Positions 26,679 to 35,855 of a stretch of 38,000 nucleotides of DNA are shown here, piece by piece (the stretch's first letter is position 1; each line of letters begins with the position of its first letter). Source of the stretch: a virus; the IMG/VR virus record IMGVR_UViG_3300039008_000162, positions 1-38,000 of that record, one strand, 5' to 3'. Below the pieces are notes generated by a model. That model did not search any database. It worked only from the letters and a program-made list of their open reading frames with translations, and was not told the origin of the DNA. The position numbers were made by a program, and so were the translations under genes.

Positions 26679-27647
26679 TTGAAAGAGTTTTTAGAAAGAC
26701 ATACAATTCTCAAAAATCCACTAGGAGCCTTCTCTGTGCAATATTCCTTCTTAAATAAAACAAAAATTCTTTTTCTACGAATTACAAAATTTTCAATAGC
26801 TGCGTCACTCATTTTTATCCTCCTAGTACTCCTTAGTGTAATCTCTCCAGATATAAATACTCTTGGTAAGAAAGTGATTACAATAGTAAGTTCAGATGAA
26901 GAGCTTTTAATCTCTATCGTGCTAATATCTTGTGGAATCGTAGGAACATTTTTAGCTTTTTATCAAAATGTTTTTCAACAAGCTGATCTCGAGCGAAAGA
27001 AAGACATCCATATTACATATGCAAAAAACAACAGGCCTGACTCCGAAAAAAGAACAGAACAAACTTCTGAACCATATACTCAGCAATCACTTTTTGACCA
27101 AATATCACAAAGCTTGACTCAACAAGTCTTACTTTTTGATAGAAAAGCTTCGATAATGCTTGAGCAAGGAATTAAAATTGCTATCTCAGGCGTTTTACTT
27201 CTCTTAGCAACAATCATTCTATGGAACTATTTTCTACAATATTTAGGTAGCGCTGCAAGAACAGAACACTTTATAGGGATAGTTTCGTGCAGTTTAGTTT
27301 TTGTTTTTCTTCAAGCACTTGCGGTCTGGTGCTTAAAACAACACAGAGCATACGTTGATGCTTCTCTTTACGTCACCAAAATTCGTTCTATTTTTGAACG
27401 TAAAATGCAGGCTTATCTTTTAATCAAAGAATTTTCTCAAGGTAAAGAAGGCTACCATAAACTACTCGACAATTTCTTAACCGACATTGAATGGCCACCA
27501 GAACCACTAAGCGCAAAACAACAAACTAGCTATGCAAAAGAAGCTGCTGCAACATTAACAGAAGTTACAAAGTCTCTCCGCGTACTTCATGCAGCACACG
27601 ATAAGCCTGCCAGTTCACATCGCAGATATCCTAATCCATCGAGATAA
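26679..27647 (+). CDS. Multi-pass membrane protein (two 2-TM pairs separated by a charged linker)
   Basis: 322 aa with a TTG start. Hydrophobic helices lie near aa 38-58, 78-98, 163-185 and 198-222, followed by a helical tail. AT-rich. Confidence 0.6.
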   Translation: MKEFLERHTILKNPLGAFSVQYSFLNKTKILFLRITKFSIAASLIFILLVLLSVISPDINTLGKKVITIVSSDEELLISIVLISCGIVGTFLAFYQNVFQQADLERKKDIHITYAKNNRPDSEKRTEQTSEPYTQQSLFDQISQSLTQQVLLFDRKASIMLEQGIKIAISGVLLLLATIILWNYFLQYLGSAARTEHFIGIVSCSLVFVFLQALAVWCLKQHRAYVDASLYVTKIRSIFERKMQAYLLIKEFSQGKEGYHKLLDNFLTDIEWPPEPLSAKQQTSYAKEAAATLTEVTKSLRVLHAAHDKPASSHRRYPNPSR

Positions 27648-27650
27648 CTA

Positions 27651-28373
27651 ATGTCGCTAAACTTCATCAAAAAATACTCAGAAATCCTCTGTCTCGGAGG
27701 ATTTCTTCTTTATTGGCTTTGGGATACGAAGATATCGCCTTTCACAATCAACCTTAGCTCCAGCGAATGGGCTAGCCTCGCAAATGCTTCTGCCTCATTA
27801 GTCCTTGCAAGTATTGGTATTTGGGGTGTTAATAGTTGGAAAGGGGAGTACAAACAAAAAGAACAATATAAAGCTGCTGTTAATTTCGGCGAACATGCAA
27901 AAAACTCTGTTGATGCACTCAGACATATTGCGAGTAACTTTTACCTACCACATGAGATACCCAGCGATATGTCAAATTCAGTTGATAGGCATAGTGAGAT
28001 AATTATACATATTTTAAATTCTTATATGACAACATTTAGCAAACTCTATACTTATCTTAACCGCTCTCAAATCGTATTAGGTGATGATGCCAGCAGCATC
28101 TACAATAAAATCCATCAATCGATACATGATATTAAAGAGCATTGCTCAAACCATTACGACATTGGAGAAAACATTAAAATGGTAAGGGCACAGGCAAACA
28201 TTCATGCGCCAGGCATCAGTCTTGAAGCAAAACAGCAAAGCTCCTACGCGCTCATTCGAGAGCTTGAAGATAAAAAACGCCTACTAAGAAAAAATTTCTT
28301 TAAAGAACTAAAAGAAGAAATTGCTATCATCCAAAATTTAATCGATAAACTATTAGCAGAAAATACAATTTAA
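27651..28373 (+). CDS. 2-TM membrane protein with a C-terminal helical domain
   Basis: 240 aa, starting 4 nt after the previous stop. TM helices lie near aa 12-30 and 42-62, followed by WKGEYKQKEQYKAA... and a coiled-coil end. Confidence 0.65.
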   Translation: MSLNFIKKYSEILCLGGFLLYWLWDTKISPFTINLSSSEWASLANASASLVLASIGIWGVNSWKGEYKQKEQYKAAVNFGEHAKNSVDALRHIASNFYLPHEIPSDMSNSVDRHSEIIIHILNSYMTTFSKLYTYLNRSQIVLGDDASSIYNKIHQSIHDIKEHCSNHYDIGENIKMVRAQANIHAPGISLEAKQQSSYALIRELEDKKRLLRKNFFKELKEEIAIIQNLIDKLLAENTI

Positions 28374-28380
28374 AATGAAA

Positions 28381-28418
28381 CCTCCCGCCTCATTGAGACG
28401 GGAGGTTTTTTATTTTTA
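28381..28418 (+). terminator. Rho-independent terminator of the two-gene membrane operon
   Basis: CCTCCCG / CGGGAGG stem followed by TTTTTTATTTTT. Confidence 0.8.
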
Positions 28419-28509
28419 ACATCAAATTTTAAACCGATGCCCACATCTAGATTATCTGAGACTCAAGGGGAACCAGTTCAACTAAGCTTAAAATAATACA
28501 AGTGACAAA

Positions 28510-29337
28510 CTACTCACCACGCTCAATTGAAGACAACCCTTCATTAATCCTTGTCATAAATTGACCACTCATGTGAGGTTTATACTCTGTACGTCTTTTA
28601 CTGTCTGCAAGGGCAACAGTATCTTTAAATGCATCAACTCTTACTGAGTCAATATAGTTATACAGGTCAACTTCAGCACCATTATTTGCATCAATTAACA
28701 ATTTTATAGCATTAAAACTGCTCATCAAAACAGGATGCATCTTTTCGAGCGCTTTAGGGTTATGAGAAAGCATAAAAGCCCATCGTGCCCTTGTAGATGT
28801 ATGACTTTTAGCAACAGCAACGTTATAGGTATCAAGACCTTGCATTTCATAAACAAAAATATTTATCGCCTTACGAAGTTCCTTAACATGCTCGCGACGC
28901 GCTTTTAACTGACGTTGTTTTTTACGCTCTGCTCTTGCATGCTCTTCTTGCCTTGACTGAGCATTACGGTTTTTCTCATTTTCATCTTTTTTAAACGTAC
29001 GCTCCTTCGAGTTCTCCTCAATAATAAGGGCTCGGTCCTTCGCATTCTCTTCTATTGTTAATGCTCGGTCTTTCGCGCTCTCTTCAACAAAAGCCCCACG
29101 GTTCTTTCCACCTTCTTCCACGGTTAACGCTCGATCTTTGGCATTCTCTTCAATAATTACGGCTCGATCTTTAGCATTTTCCTCGATAGTTAACGCACGC
29201 CCCTTCGCATTCTCTTCTGCAGCAAGTAATTGAGCCGCTTTCGCTCGTGGTGCGACATGTACCACTTCCAGATAGTAATTACCAACGACAGCTGCAATAA
29301 TCGCTACTAAGCATGAAACTAAAATTTTTTTCATCAA
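28510..29337 (-). CDS. Membrane-anchored protein with eight tandem 11-residue repeats (EENAKDRALTI)
   Basis: N-terminal TM helix MMKKILVSCLVAIIAAVVGNYY. Repeats span aa 41-128 (nt 28954..29217, 33-nt period), followed by a basic segment and a ~120-aa C-terminal domain. Confidence 0.7.
   Translation of the reverse strand: MMKKILVSCLVAIIAAVVGNYYLEVVHVAPRAKAAQLLAAEENAKGRALTIEENAKDRAVIIEENAKDRALTVEEGGKNRGAFVEESAKDRALTIEENAKDRALIIEENSKERTFKKDENEKNRNAQSRQEEHARAERKKQRQLKARREHVKELRKAINIFVYEMQGLDTYNVAVAKSHTSTRARWAFMLSHNPKALEKMHPVLMSSFNAIKLLIDANNGAEVDLYNYIDSVRVDAFKDTVALADSKRRTEYKPHMSGQFMTRINEGLSSIERGE
28954..29217 (-). repeat. Eight in-frame, diverged 33-bp tandem repeats inside a CDS
   Basis: The units encode EENAKGRALTI / EENAKDRAVII / EENAKDRALTV / EEGGKNRGAFV / EESAKDRALTI / EENAKDRALII / EENSKERTFKK / DENEKNRNAQS. 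Confidence 0.9.
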
Positions 29338-29423
29338 TTCTCCTTTGAAAGAATAATATTAGAGATCAAGGGGAGAATATTACCTAACCTTCAATCAATG
29401 CAATACTTTTACTTATAACTGTT

Positions 29424-30599
29424 TTACCCCCTAATCCCCTCAACACGCTCCCGACACTCTTCAACCCTCTCCCCATATCCTGCAATTGCTCCGCTCTGAT
29501 GCGGTGCGTTCGCAGTGCTGCCGGATACTGGGTGCGTGTGACTGGCTAGTACCATTGCGAGGTCATGCAGCGCCTTCCACACCTTATCCATTTCATCCAA
29601 CAGCGATACGCCACCAGCTGCGCCGCTGCTTCCAATTTTAATCTTTGGCGCGGCTATGGTGAACACGCTCCCTGCAGAGTGGGTGGTTGTCGATTTCGAC
29701 GCCACAGAATGCGCGCCGCCGACTGTTACATCGCTATTACCTTCTATAGACTGCGTAGCGTTGCCGCTGATCTGCTGCGTGGAGTTGCCGCCGATTGATT
29801 CTGTACTGGTTCCGGCGATGGTCTGGGTAAAGTTTTGCCCGACGGTATTGGAGTCTGAACCTGCTATGTTGCTTGTTCGGCTGCCCTTCACTTCTGTTTG
29901 ATGATCTTTGCCGATGCCCTCGCGCTTATTGTCTGCCACTATGCAGCGTAGATCACGGGCTGTGGTCAAATTCAGGCTATCCACGGCTGCTATATTTGCT
30001 CGCCCGCCAGATGTAATATTCATGGCACCCAGAGCTTCTAGCGTCTTTACGCCGCCGACTTCTTCAGTGCTATTTTCTGCAATGGTTCGCACCTCTCGCG
30101 AAAGCTCATCTACTGCTTCCACACAGCGTCGCACGTGGCGCAGGCTTTCATCCGTTATCGCAGCCTCACTGGTTCGCAGCCAGTTTCCTTGCGTATCCGC
30201 ACTCTGGTAGACTGTGGCAGACTGTTGCCAACGCAAGTCGCCGTTAGTTAACTGTGGTAGAGAAAGCCCCATGGGGTAGATTTGACGAATCACCGGATGA
30301 TCGGCTCTACCATAGGCAAAGCCCAGAACAACCAGCGCGCCTGCTTCTGGAAACGCAAACAGACCAGACTCCATGCCTGCACCTACTGGCACCGGCAGCG
30401 GTACAGCCTCGTAAATGGGGAAGGCTTTATCACGCGCACCTTCCGGCGTCAGAATCTCTACATCCACCGCATATCGAGGTCTAAACCGCTCGCTCGTGCC
30501 ACCTTGCTCCGGAGCATCACACACCTTTACCACCCGCGCATATCGATCAAGATGCAGCCCTGCTGTCAGTTCTGGAAAAGTTCGCAGCACCACGCGCAT
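29424..30599 (-). CDS. Baseplate central spike (gpV/VgrG-like OB fold plus beta-helix)
   Basis: OB-fold-like GLFAFPEAGALVVLGFAYGRADHPVI. G/S/T/N-rich beta-helical repeats (TQTIAGTSTESIGGNSTQQISGNATQSIEGNS). HTHP near the tip resembles the His-rich metal site of the P2 gpV apex. Start in a TAATG overlap. Confidence 0.65.
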   Translation of the reverse strand: MRVVLRTFPELTAGLHLDRYARVVKVCDAPEQGGTSERFRPRYAVDVEILTPEGARDKAFPIYEAVPLPVPVGAGMESGLFAFPEAGALVVLGFAYGRADHPVIRQIYPMGLSLPQLTNGDLRWQQSATVYQSADTQGNWLRTSEAAITDESLRHVRRCVEAVDELSREVRTIAENSTEEVGGVKTLEALGAMNITSGGRANIAAVDSLNLTTARDLRCIVADNKREGIGKDHQTEVKGSRTSNIAGSDSNTVGQNFTQTIAGTSTESIGGNSTQQISGNATQSIEGNSDVTVGGAHSVASKSTTTHSAGSVFTIAAPKIKIGSSGAAGGVSLLDEMDKVWKALHDLAMVLASHTHPVSGSTANAPHQSGAIAGYGERVEECRERVEGIRG

Positions 30600-31288
30600 T
30601 ATGAGTTCTCGCACTGAATCACCATTTCATGCCCTGTTAACTGGAGTGATGTGAGGCGCTGCCCGTTGAGCAACACACCCGCACGGAGCGCAGGAATTGC
30701 CGGAAGTACTTTTGCGCCGGCTGCTGTGACGCCCGTAAAAAACTTTTCTTCTATATCCACTGATCGCGATGCCCAGCAGCTATGCTGCCATGAGCCTACA
30801 AAGACGGAACCATCCGGTTGCGGCTGCCAGAAATAGTCCTCTATGCCGAACACAACCCCGAGCTGATCCATGCCATGGTAGCCGCTACCGAGTGTTTGAA
30901 AATGCGGAATGCGGCGCGTTGCGTACGGCTGCTCCGGAACTGTGAAGGCGAGATTTGTTTTGTCGCTGTAGGCGCACAGCACATCGTGCAAGGTGGGGTG
31001 GCGCAAGCTTACGGGAAGTTGAAAACTGAGGGCGGCTGCCATTTCTCTGCAAAAAATCTTTTGTGTGGCAGCATCTACCGTGTGACTGTTTTCAATGTAG
31101 CCGGAGAAAAATAGCTGATCTTTGTTCTGGTTCGAATAGCCAAGCCGCAGCTGCACTATGCCGCTAAGCGGTTTTACCGACTGCACACGAAACAAAGCGC
31201 GACCGGAAGTGTTGGTTTCCAGCCGCACATCATCTTCCACCAGATCAAACAGCTTACCGCCAATGTAGAGAGACTTGCGCAGCTTCAT
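30599..31288 (-). CDS. Baseplate/tail-associated protein, unknown function
   Basis: 229-aa ORF immediately upstream of, and coupled to, the spike gene. Confidence 0.5.
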   Translation of the reverse strand: MKLRKSLYIGGKLFDLVEDDVRLETNTSGRALFRVQSVKPLSGIVQLRLGYSNQNKDQLFFSGYIENSHTVDAATQKIFCREMAAALSFQLPVSLRHPTLHDVLCAYSDKTNLAFTVPEQPYATRRIPHFQTLGSGYHGMDQLGVVFGIEDYFWQPQPDGSVFVGSWQHSCWASRSVDIEEKFFTGVTAAGAKVLPAIPALRAGVLLNGQRLTSLQLTGHEMVIQCENS

Positions 31289-31797
31289 GCCAGTGCCTCG
31301 TCTATTTTATGCAGAATGCTTTCCAGCATTGTTTGCGGTTCCTGAACGGCAACTGCGGTTTGTGGCTCTGCATCCGGCTGCTTTGGCGCTATGGCTGTGC
31401 CTTCGCTCTTTTGGGCTACTGGCTCCGGTGTTTTTTCACGCTTCTCGGCTTTCTCCGGAACGCTTAAATATTCACGTAGCGTGAACGCCACAGCCCACGC
31501 TTTCACCCCGTCTATGGGCTTCCAACTGAAGCGATCAGACACGCGCACCTGCTTAATCCCTGCCGCATTCGCTTCACGATTAGTGATGTTGTACACCTTG
31601 CCCTCGCCATGCGCTCCACGTGCCTCTATGACGCGGATAAGGTCGCGCAGCTGCCTTGCATCTTCACATCGAATATTGGTTGCTACATTCAGCTTTTTCG
31701 GCTTCACGCCTTTATCCACGCGCGCTGTTCCGCTTGTTTCTCCGGAGAGATCTTCTGTGCGAATTTCCAGTTCTCCGGAAACAGTCAAAGCGAGCAT
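31285..31797 (-). CDS. Tail-associated protein, unknown function
   Basis: 170-aa ORF with a beta-rich N-terminal 115 aa and a charged P/E/K/A-rich tail. ATGA overlap with the next gene. Confidence 0.5.
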   Translation of the reverse strand: MLALTVSGELEIRTEDLSGETSGTARVDKGVKPKKLNVATNIRCEDARQLRDLIRVIEARGAHGEGKVYNITNREANAAGIKQVRVSDRFSWKPIDGVKAWAVAFTLREYLSVPEKAEKREKTPEPVAQKSEGTAIAPKQPDAEPQTAVAVQEPQTMLESILHKIDEALA

Positions 31798-32484
31798 CCG
31801 CGAGGGCTTTCAAAATAGAACGGTCCACCGGTCTACCGAGCATATCCTGCGGCTTGTTTGCCCATTCGCCAAGCAAGTTGCCTGTTGCAACGCGCATAGG
31901 AGAATCTGCCACTGTCACAGCGCGATTACACAAACGCCCGACGTAAGTGCCGAGCTCGTGGCCCCACAGATATGGAACAACAGACACAGTCTCTGCGCGC
32001 AAACCGCTAAGCATATCCACAACAGCTTTTATGTAAGTTGCCCATGTGTCAGCTAGTGAATTCAACTTACGGAAAGCAGCAAGAAACACCGTCGGGCGCA
32101 TGTACTCTGCCATTACCTCGGCTTGTTTGGTTTGCATCGCTTCCACTTCTGTAGATTCGGTGATTGGATCTGTCAGAACAAAGCCTTCTACGCTCTTCTG
32201 CTCCATGACGTAATCCACCGCTTCTTTCCACGTAAGCACACCATCGAGCACAAAGACGCAGGCATTCCAGTTTTGACCGGCATTCACTTTTGCAGCTTCA
32301 ACCTGCGTTTTCAGCACACTGGTGCTTTTGCCCAAAACGGCATCGAGGTCGGTGTCTGTATTCACCATGTGCAAGCTGCCGCGCCCAGTATCTACCAGAC
32401 CAATGAAGCAAAAAAACGTTCCACTTCCTTAAACGGTCCCTGATTACGGTTAAGGCGGTTTACTTGCACTATAGGGGTTGCCAT
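31712..32484 (-). pseudogene. DUF2586-like phage tail protein, frameshifted at a homopolymer and apparently shortened
   Basis: ATG at 32484 (AAGAGGTG SD) gives MATPIVQVNRLNRNQGPFKEVERFF. Reading continues as CFIGLVDTGRGSLHMVNTDTDLDAVLG only if the A7 run at 32410..32416 (T7 on the coding strand) had one extra base. Confidence 0.55.
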
Positions 32485-32493
32485 TTGCACCTC

Positions 32494-33214
32494 TTATTTC
32501 TTGAGTTGTTCTATGGTTCGGCGGGCTAAATCGTGTAGCATTTCTTTTTTGTCTTCTGGCGTTGCACCAAGAAACGGACGGGCTGCGGGCTTACTCTCCC
32601 AGCGGGAGGAATGCGTATTGTTGCCACTTAGCAGCTTTATCAGCTTTCCTGCCTGCCCCTGCGTCAAGTTCTCGCAAATCCACTTAATGGAAACACGTTT
32701 CAGGCGAGATCCTTTGCCACGCTTCTTTTTGACAGAAACACGATAACCGGCAGCGTTAAGCGCTTTGGCTTGAGCTCGAGTAGCAGGCGCCTTGTAGTTC
32801 GGCGTTCCATATTGCTCTGCAGCTCTTGCAGCACTCCATGGTTCTGCAATCCCGTGCTGGTGCCTATAAGGCAACTTTGCCAACACCTCGATTCCCATAC
32901 GCAAGCTCTGCTGCATCATGTCCACGCCCAAACACCTGCAACCCCTTTTTCCCATTTGGCTTCGCTAAATTCTTCAGCATGCGGCGCTTGATTCTAGAAT
33001 CCTTGCGCGGAGCCATTCGGCGTCCTTCTACAGTGCGCTGCTGCCGAATATTCAACGCTGCCTGCTTACGCACAGTGCGCGCCATGGTCATGATGATCCT
33101 GCGCTGCTCGCGTGGCTCCATTGCCAGTATTTGCAGCTGCTTTCTAAACTTGAGGCGGGATTTTCTATCTACAGAAAATTCAAGCGGGCTAGTTGTCGGC
33201 ATGGGCTTTACCAT
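32494..33214 (-). pseudogene. Virion morphogenesis/tail completion protein (P2 GpS / Mu G-like), frameshifted
   Basis: The N-terminal part (32864..33214) ends ...ELAYGNRGVGKVAL*. The conserved RHQHG and ARPFLG motifs continue in another frame (32494..32955). The shift lies near 32868..32880, with no homopolymer. Confidence 0.6.
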
Positions 33215-33775
33215 CGAAGCCGGCTAATTCTTCAGCAACATCGATGGGCACATCTGCCACACGCCAACGCTTGCCGTTAAAAGGAATGCTGCCGTTTTCA
33301 TCCGGCACTATCTACAGCGGTTCTTCAAACTCTATGGCGAGATCAACATCCGCGGTAAAGTCATCGTTCAAGCTTGCATCTACTTCCGGATCTGCAAGAC
33401 CGGTATGGTCGCATTCTTTGTCGTGATCATGCAGCCAGCCCATTACGAGGAGAAGCAATACGCTACTGCTGCCGTTAAAGGCTTCTACCTGAATGAGCGC
33501 GTCATACTTGAATACGCCCAGTTCCACGCCATGTCCTGAATCGCGCCCTGTGGGGCGAGTGCCTTATCGAGCAAAGCGCCAAGCTGCTGATTACCAATCA
33601 AGCCCATAGGAGCTACCTTGAACGTATCCGGTGCTTCCAGCTCTGCTTCTGCCTGTTCACGCGCTGCGCGTATATTCTCTTGGTGAGAAAGCATTAAGCT
33701 CATAAAATTCTCCAAATCAAAATTATCTAAAACTGAGCCAGCTTTGTGCAGTGCAAGGAGCGTAGCAACTGACAA
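33189..33775 (-). pseudogene. Tail completion GpR-like gene remnant (frame change plus in-frame TAG)
   Basis: LGVFKYDALIQVEAFNGSSSVLLLLVMGWLHDH...DLAIEFEEPL resembles P2 GpR. TAG at 33312..33314 is followed by 40 more open codons (IVPDENGSIPFNGKRWRV...) ending at 33189, overlapping the GpS-like start. The N-terminal part sits in a different frame with only a TTG start. Confidence 0.5.
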
Positions 33776-33852
33776 GCTCGAAGCGTATCAAGACATACGT
33801 GAGAGTTTGGCAGTTGTGAGCAACGCAGCAATGTGCGGAGCTGGCATCAGTT

Positions 33853-34881
33853 TTACACCCAGCCATCGCCGGCTTCATTCGGCAGCTTCACATTATCAAA
33901 CTCAACTGCAACCAACTGCTCTACGTCCTCAACTACGTAGCCCTCGTTACGACTGTTGAAGTCTTCCACGCGGTCTTTTTCCGGCTTGTCTTTGATGTGA
34001 CGACGCCATTTACCGTCCTGATAATAGATGGAGAGGTTCTTGTGGTTAGTGATGGTAAGACCGCGTCCTGAGTAGTTAGACGGAGTCTCCCACGGCAGCC
34101 CGCCGATGGTTGCCATGGCTGTGTTCATGGCGTTCTTTTCTGTCGGAGTACCTTTAACGGCTAAAAGCAATGCGGCGCGCTCGCGCGCAATAAGCTCATC
34201 ACCCACCATTACGACCAAGCCTTTGCGCTTCCATTTCGGGATGCCCTGCAGCATGTCGTTAACGGCAAGATCAAGGTTGGCGTAGTCGCCACCTTCGCCA
34301 ATGCGAATTTCGCCGGCTACTTTACCCTGAGAGATAATGTTCTCCGGCTTGCGGTCGCGCATGTACTGGAACCAACCAGGGAGCACATCCTGCATGAGCG
34401 GGTATTTAGAAAGATCTGTATCTTTGGCGGCGTGTGTACCGTACCAACCAACAAGCTCGCGGTCGTTTGCAATCTGCGACTGCACGTTGCTTGTGTAGCG
34501 ATCGTGGAAATCTGGGAACTTCGCCCACACGTCCATGGTCTTATAGGTCATGTACACATCACTGTTCACTTGGTGCAGCTGGTACTCGTACGGCTCCATA
34601 CCAAGCACATCGCGCGGCATGCGCTCTTTACCGTCCACACTGGTATCTGTTCGACCAGAAACGGGACCGGTAACGCAGCCTAAAATATTCTGCCCCTGCA
34701 GCTCGTCTACTGGGATAACGTTGATCTTCGGCAGGAAGGTAGACTGCTCTACAATCTTATCTTGAAGCTTTTGCTGAACTGTCGGGGTAAGAGAAAACTG
34801 CTGCTGAACGGAAGGAACGCCGTAGCCTTCGCAATAAGCTTTGCAAAGGGCATTGAAGGCTTGTCTTGTTAATGTATTCAA
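33853..34881 (-). CDS. P2-family major capsid protein (GpN-like)
   Basis: MNTLTRQAFNALCKAYCEGYGVPSVQQQFSLTPTVQQKLQDKIVEQSTFLPKINVIPVDELQGQ...SGRTDTS matches the Phage_cap_P2 N-terminal signature. 342 aa. Confidence 0.85.
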   Translation of the reverse strand: MNTLTRQAFNALCKAYCEGYGVPSVQQQFSLTPTVQQKLQDKIVEQSTFLPKINVIPVDELQGQNILGCVTGPVSGRTDTSVDGKERMPRDVLGMEPYEYQLHQVNSDVYMTYKTMDVWAKFPDFHDRYTSNVQSQIANDRELVGWYGTHAAKDTDLSKYPLMQDVLPGWFQYMRDRKPENIISQGKVAGEIRIGEGGDYANLDLAVNDMLQGIPKWKRKGLVVMVGDELIARERAALLLAVKGTPTEKNAMNTAMATIGGLPWETPSNYSGRGLTITNHKNLSIYYQDGKWRRHIKDKPEKDRVEDFNSRNEGYVVEDVEQLVAVEFDNVKLPNEAGDGWV

Positions 34882-34890
34882 CCGTGCCCC

Positions 34891-35760
34891 CTAAATGAGT
34901 GCGTTGCCGCTGGCAGGGTTGGCGTTTTCCGGAACGGATGTTCCGCCGGCTGCACCTTCCATGCGCTGCGCCATTGCGCCGAACTGCTCAGAAAGTTTTG
35001 TCATGCTGTTTACAAGCGGCTCCAGCTGCGCGGAGAAGTTATTCTCCGGTTCGGTCTTAACCGGTTCCTGCGCCAGTTCCGGTGCTTGCGGCGCTGCCTG
35101 CTGGCTTTCAAACTTATTTGCCAAGCCGTTAACGGCGCTTTGGGTATCGGTTAAAGCATTAAGCAGCTGCTTAAACTGGTCGTCCTTCATGCTTTCCTCT
35201 TGTGTTTCTGGTTCTGTGATATTGCTGCCGAACAGCGCAGCGCCCAGACGCTGGAATAAAGAATAGGCTTCTGGCTTTTGTTCGTCCGGCTGCGCTGCGG
35301 CAGCAAAAAAGGATGGTAGCTCTACGCCGGCGTAAAATTCTCCGGCTTGCTCGCTATGCTTGGTACGCTGTGCGGTGAACAGGCGAATCTGCTCGGTTCC
35401 GAGCGAGGCAGGTGTGTCGGTAATGGCAATACCGGCTAGGTACGCCTTACCGGAGTTAGCAAAGTTGTCCCAAATTTCTATGGAAGAATAGAGCTTCTGC
35501 CCTTCCTTATTCTTCTCCAAAAAACGCCAGCCCGGCTTAAATTTGGCGTATAGCTCCACCAGTTCCCCGTTTTCGCGTGCTTCCACTGCGGCTACGGTTC
35601 CGTGGTTGCCAAAAAAGCGTTCGTGCTCCGGCCAAATTACGGCTTCGTACGTGCTTGGACTGTAGGATTCTGCAATCTCGCGTAAATCCTGTGGCGCAAT
35701 TTCGCGCCCGTCCATTGTAGTGCCGGACTGTGCAACTTTGATAAACTCTGTGTATAACAT
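34891..35760 (-). CDS. P2-family capsid scaffolding protein (GpO-like)
   Basis: From the internal Met: MLYTEFIKVAQSGTTMDGREIAPQDLREIAESYSPSTYEAVIWPEH...AYLAGIAITDTPASLG, the classic GpO signature. Confidence 0.85.
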   Translation of the reverse strand: MLYTEFIKVAQSGTTMDGREIAPQDLREIAESYSPSTYEAVIWPEHERFFGNHGTVAAVEARENGELVELYAKFKPGWRFLEKNKEGQKLYSSIEIWDNFANSGKAYLAGIAITDTPASLGTEQIRLFTAQRTKHSEQAGEFYAGVELPSFFAAAAQPDEQKPEAYSLFQRLGAALFGSNITEPETQEESMKDDQFKQLLNALTDTQSAVNGLANKFESQQAAPQAPELAQEPVKTEPENNFSAQLEPLVNSMTKLSEQFGAMAQRMEGAAGGTSVPENANPASGNALI

Positions 35761-35855
35761 GACGTAACCATACACGGATGCATGCATGTTACAACGTAAG
35801 CGAATCCTATATATAGATTGTAGGACTGTAGAATGGGGAGATATAAAGGAAGGAT

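Noticed and set aside
28954-29217. A regular 33-bp repeat array that could be mistaken for a CRISPR or other non-coding array
   Set aside because: The units are contiguous with no spacers, lie in-frame inside a long ORF, and encode a consistent 11-residue peptide repeat. No cas genes are present.
31391-32056. The 221-aa plus-strand ORF across the tail genes of the P2-like remnant
   Set aside because: It is antisense to two coupled minus-strand genes with recognisable phage similarity, and it is Ser/Arg/Cys-rich shadow sequence.
33312-33314. The in-frame TAG in the GpR-like gene as evidence of stop-codon recoding
   Set aside because: TAG is used as an ordinary stop by neighbouring intact genes (for example int at 24759..24761). 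The same gene also has a frame change, and both adjacent genes are frameshifted, so decay is the simpler explanation.
35761-35855. A P2 Ogr/Delta-type late promoter dyad (TGT-N12-ACA) in the O/P divergent intergenic region
   Set aside because: I found only ACA-N12-TGT (acacggatgcatgcatgt), which is the wrong polarity. No activator gene is present, so this is not supportable.
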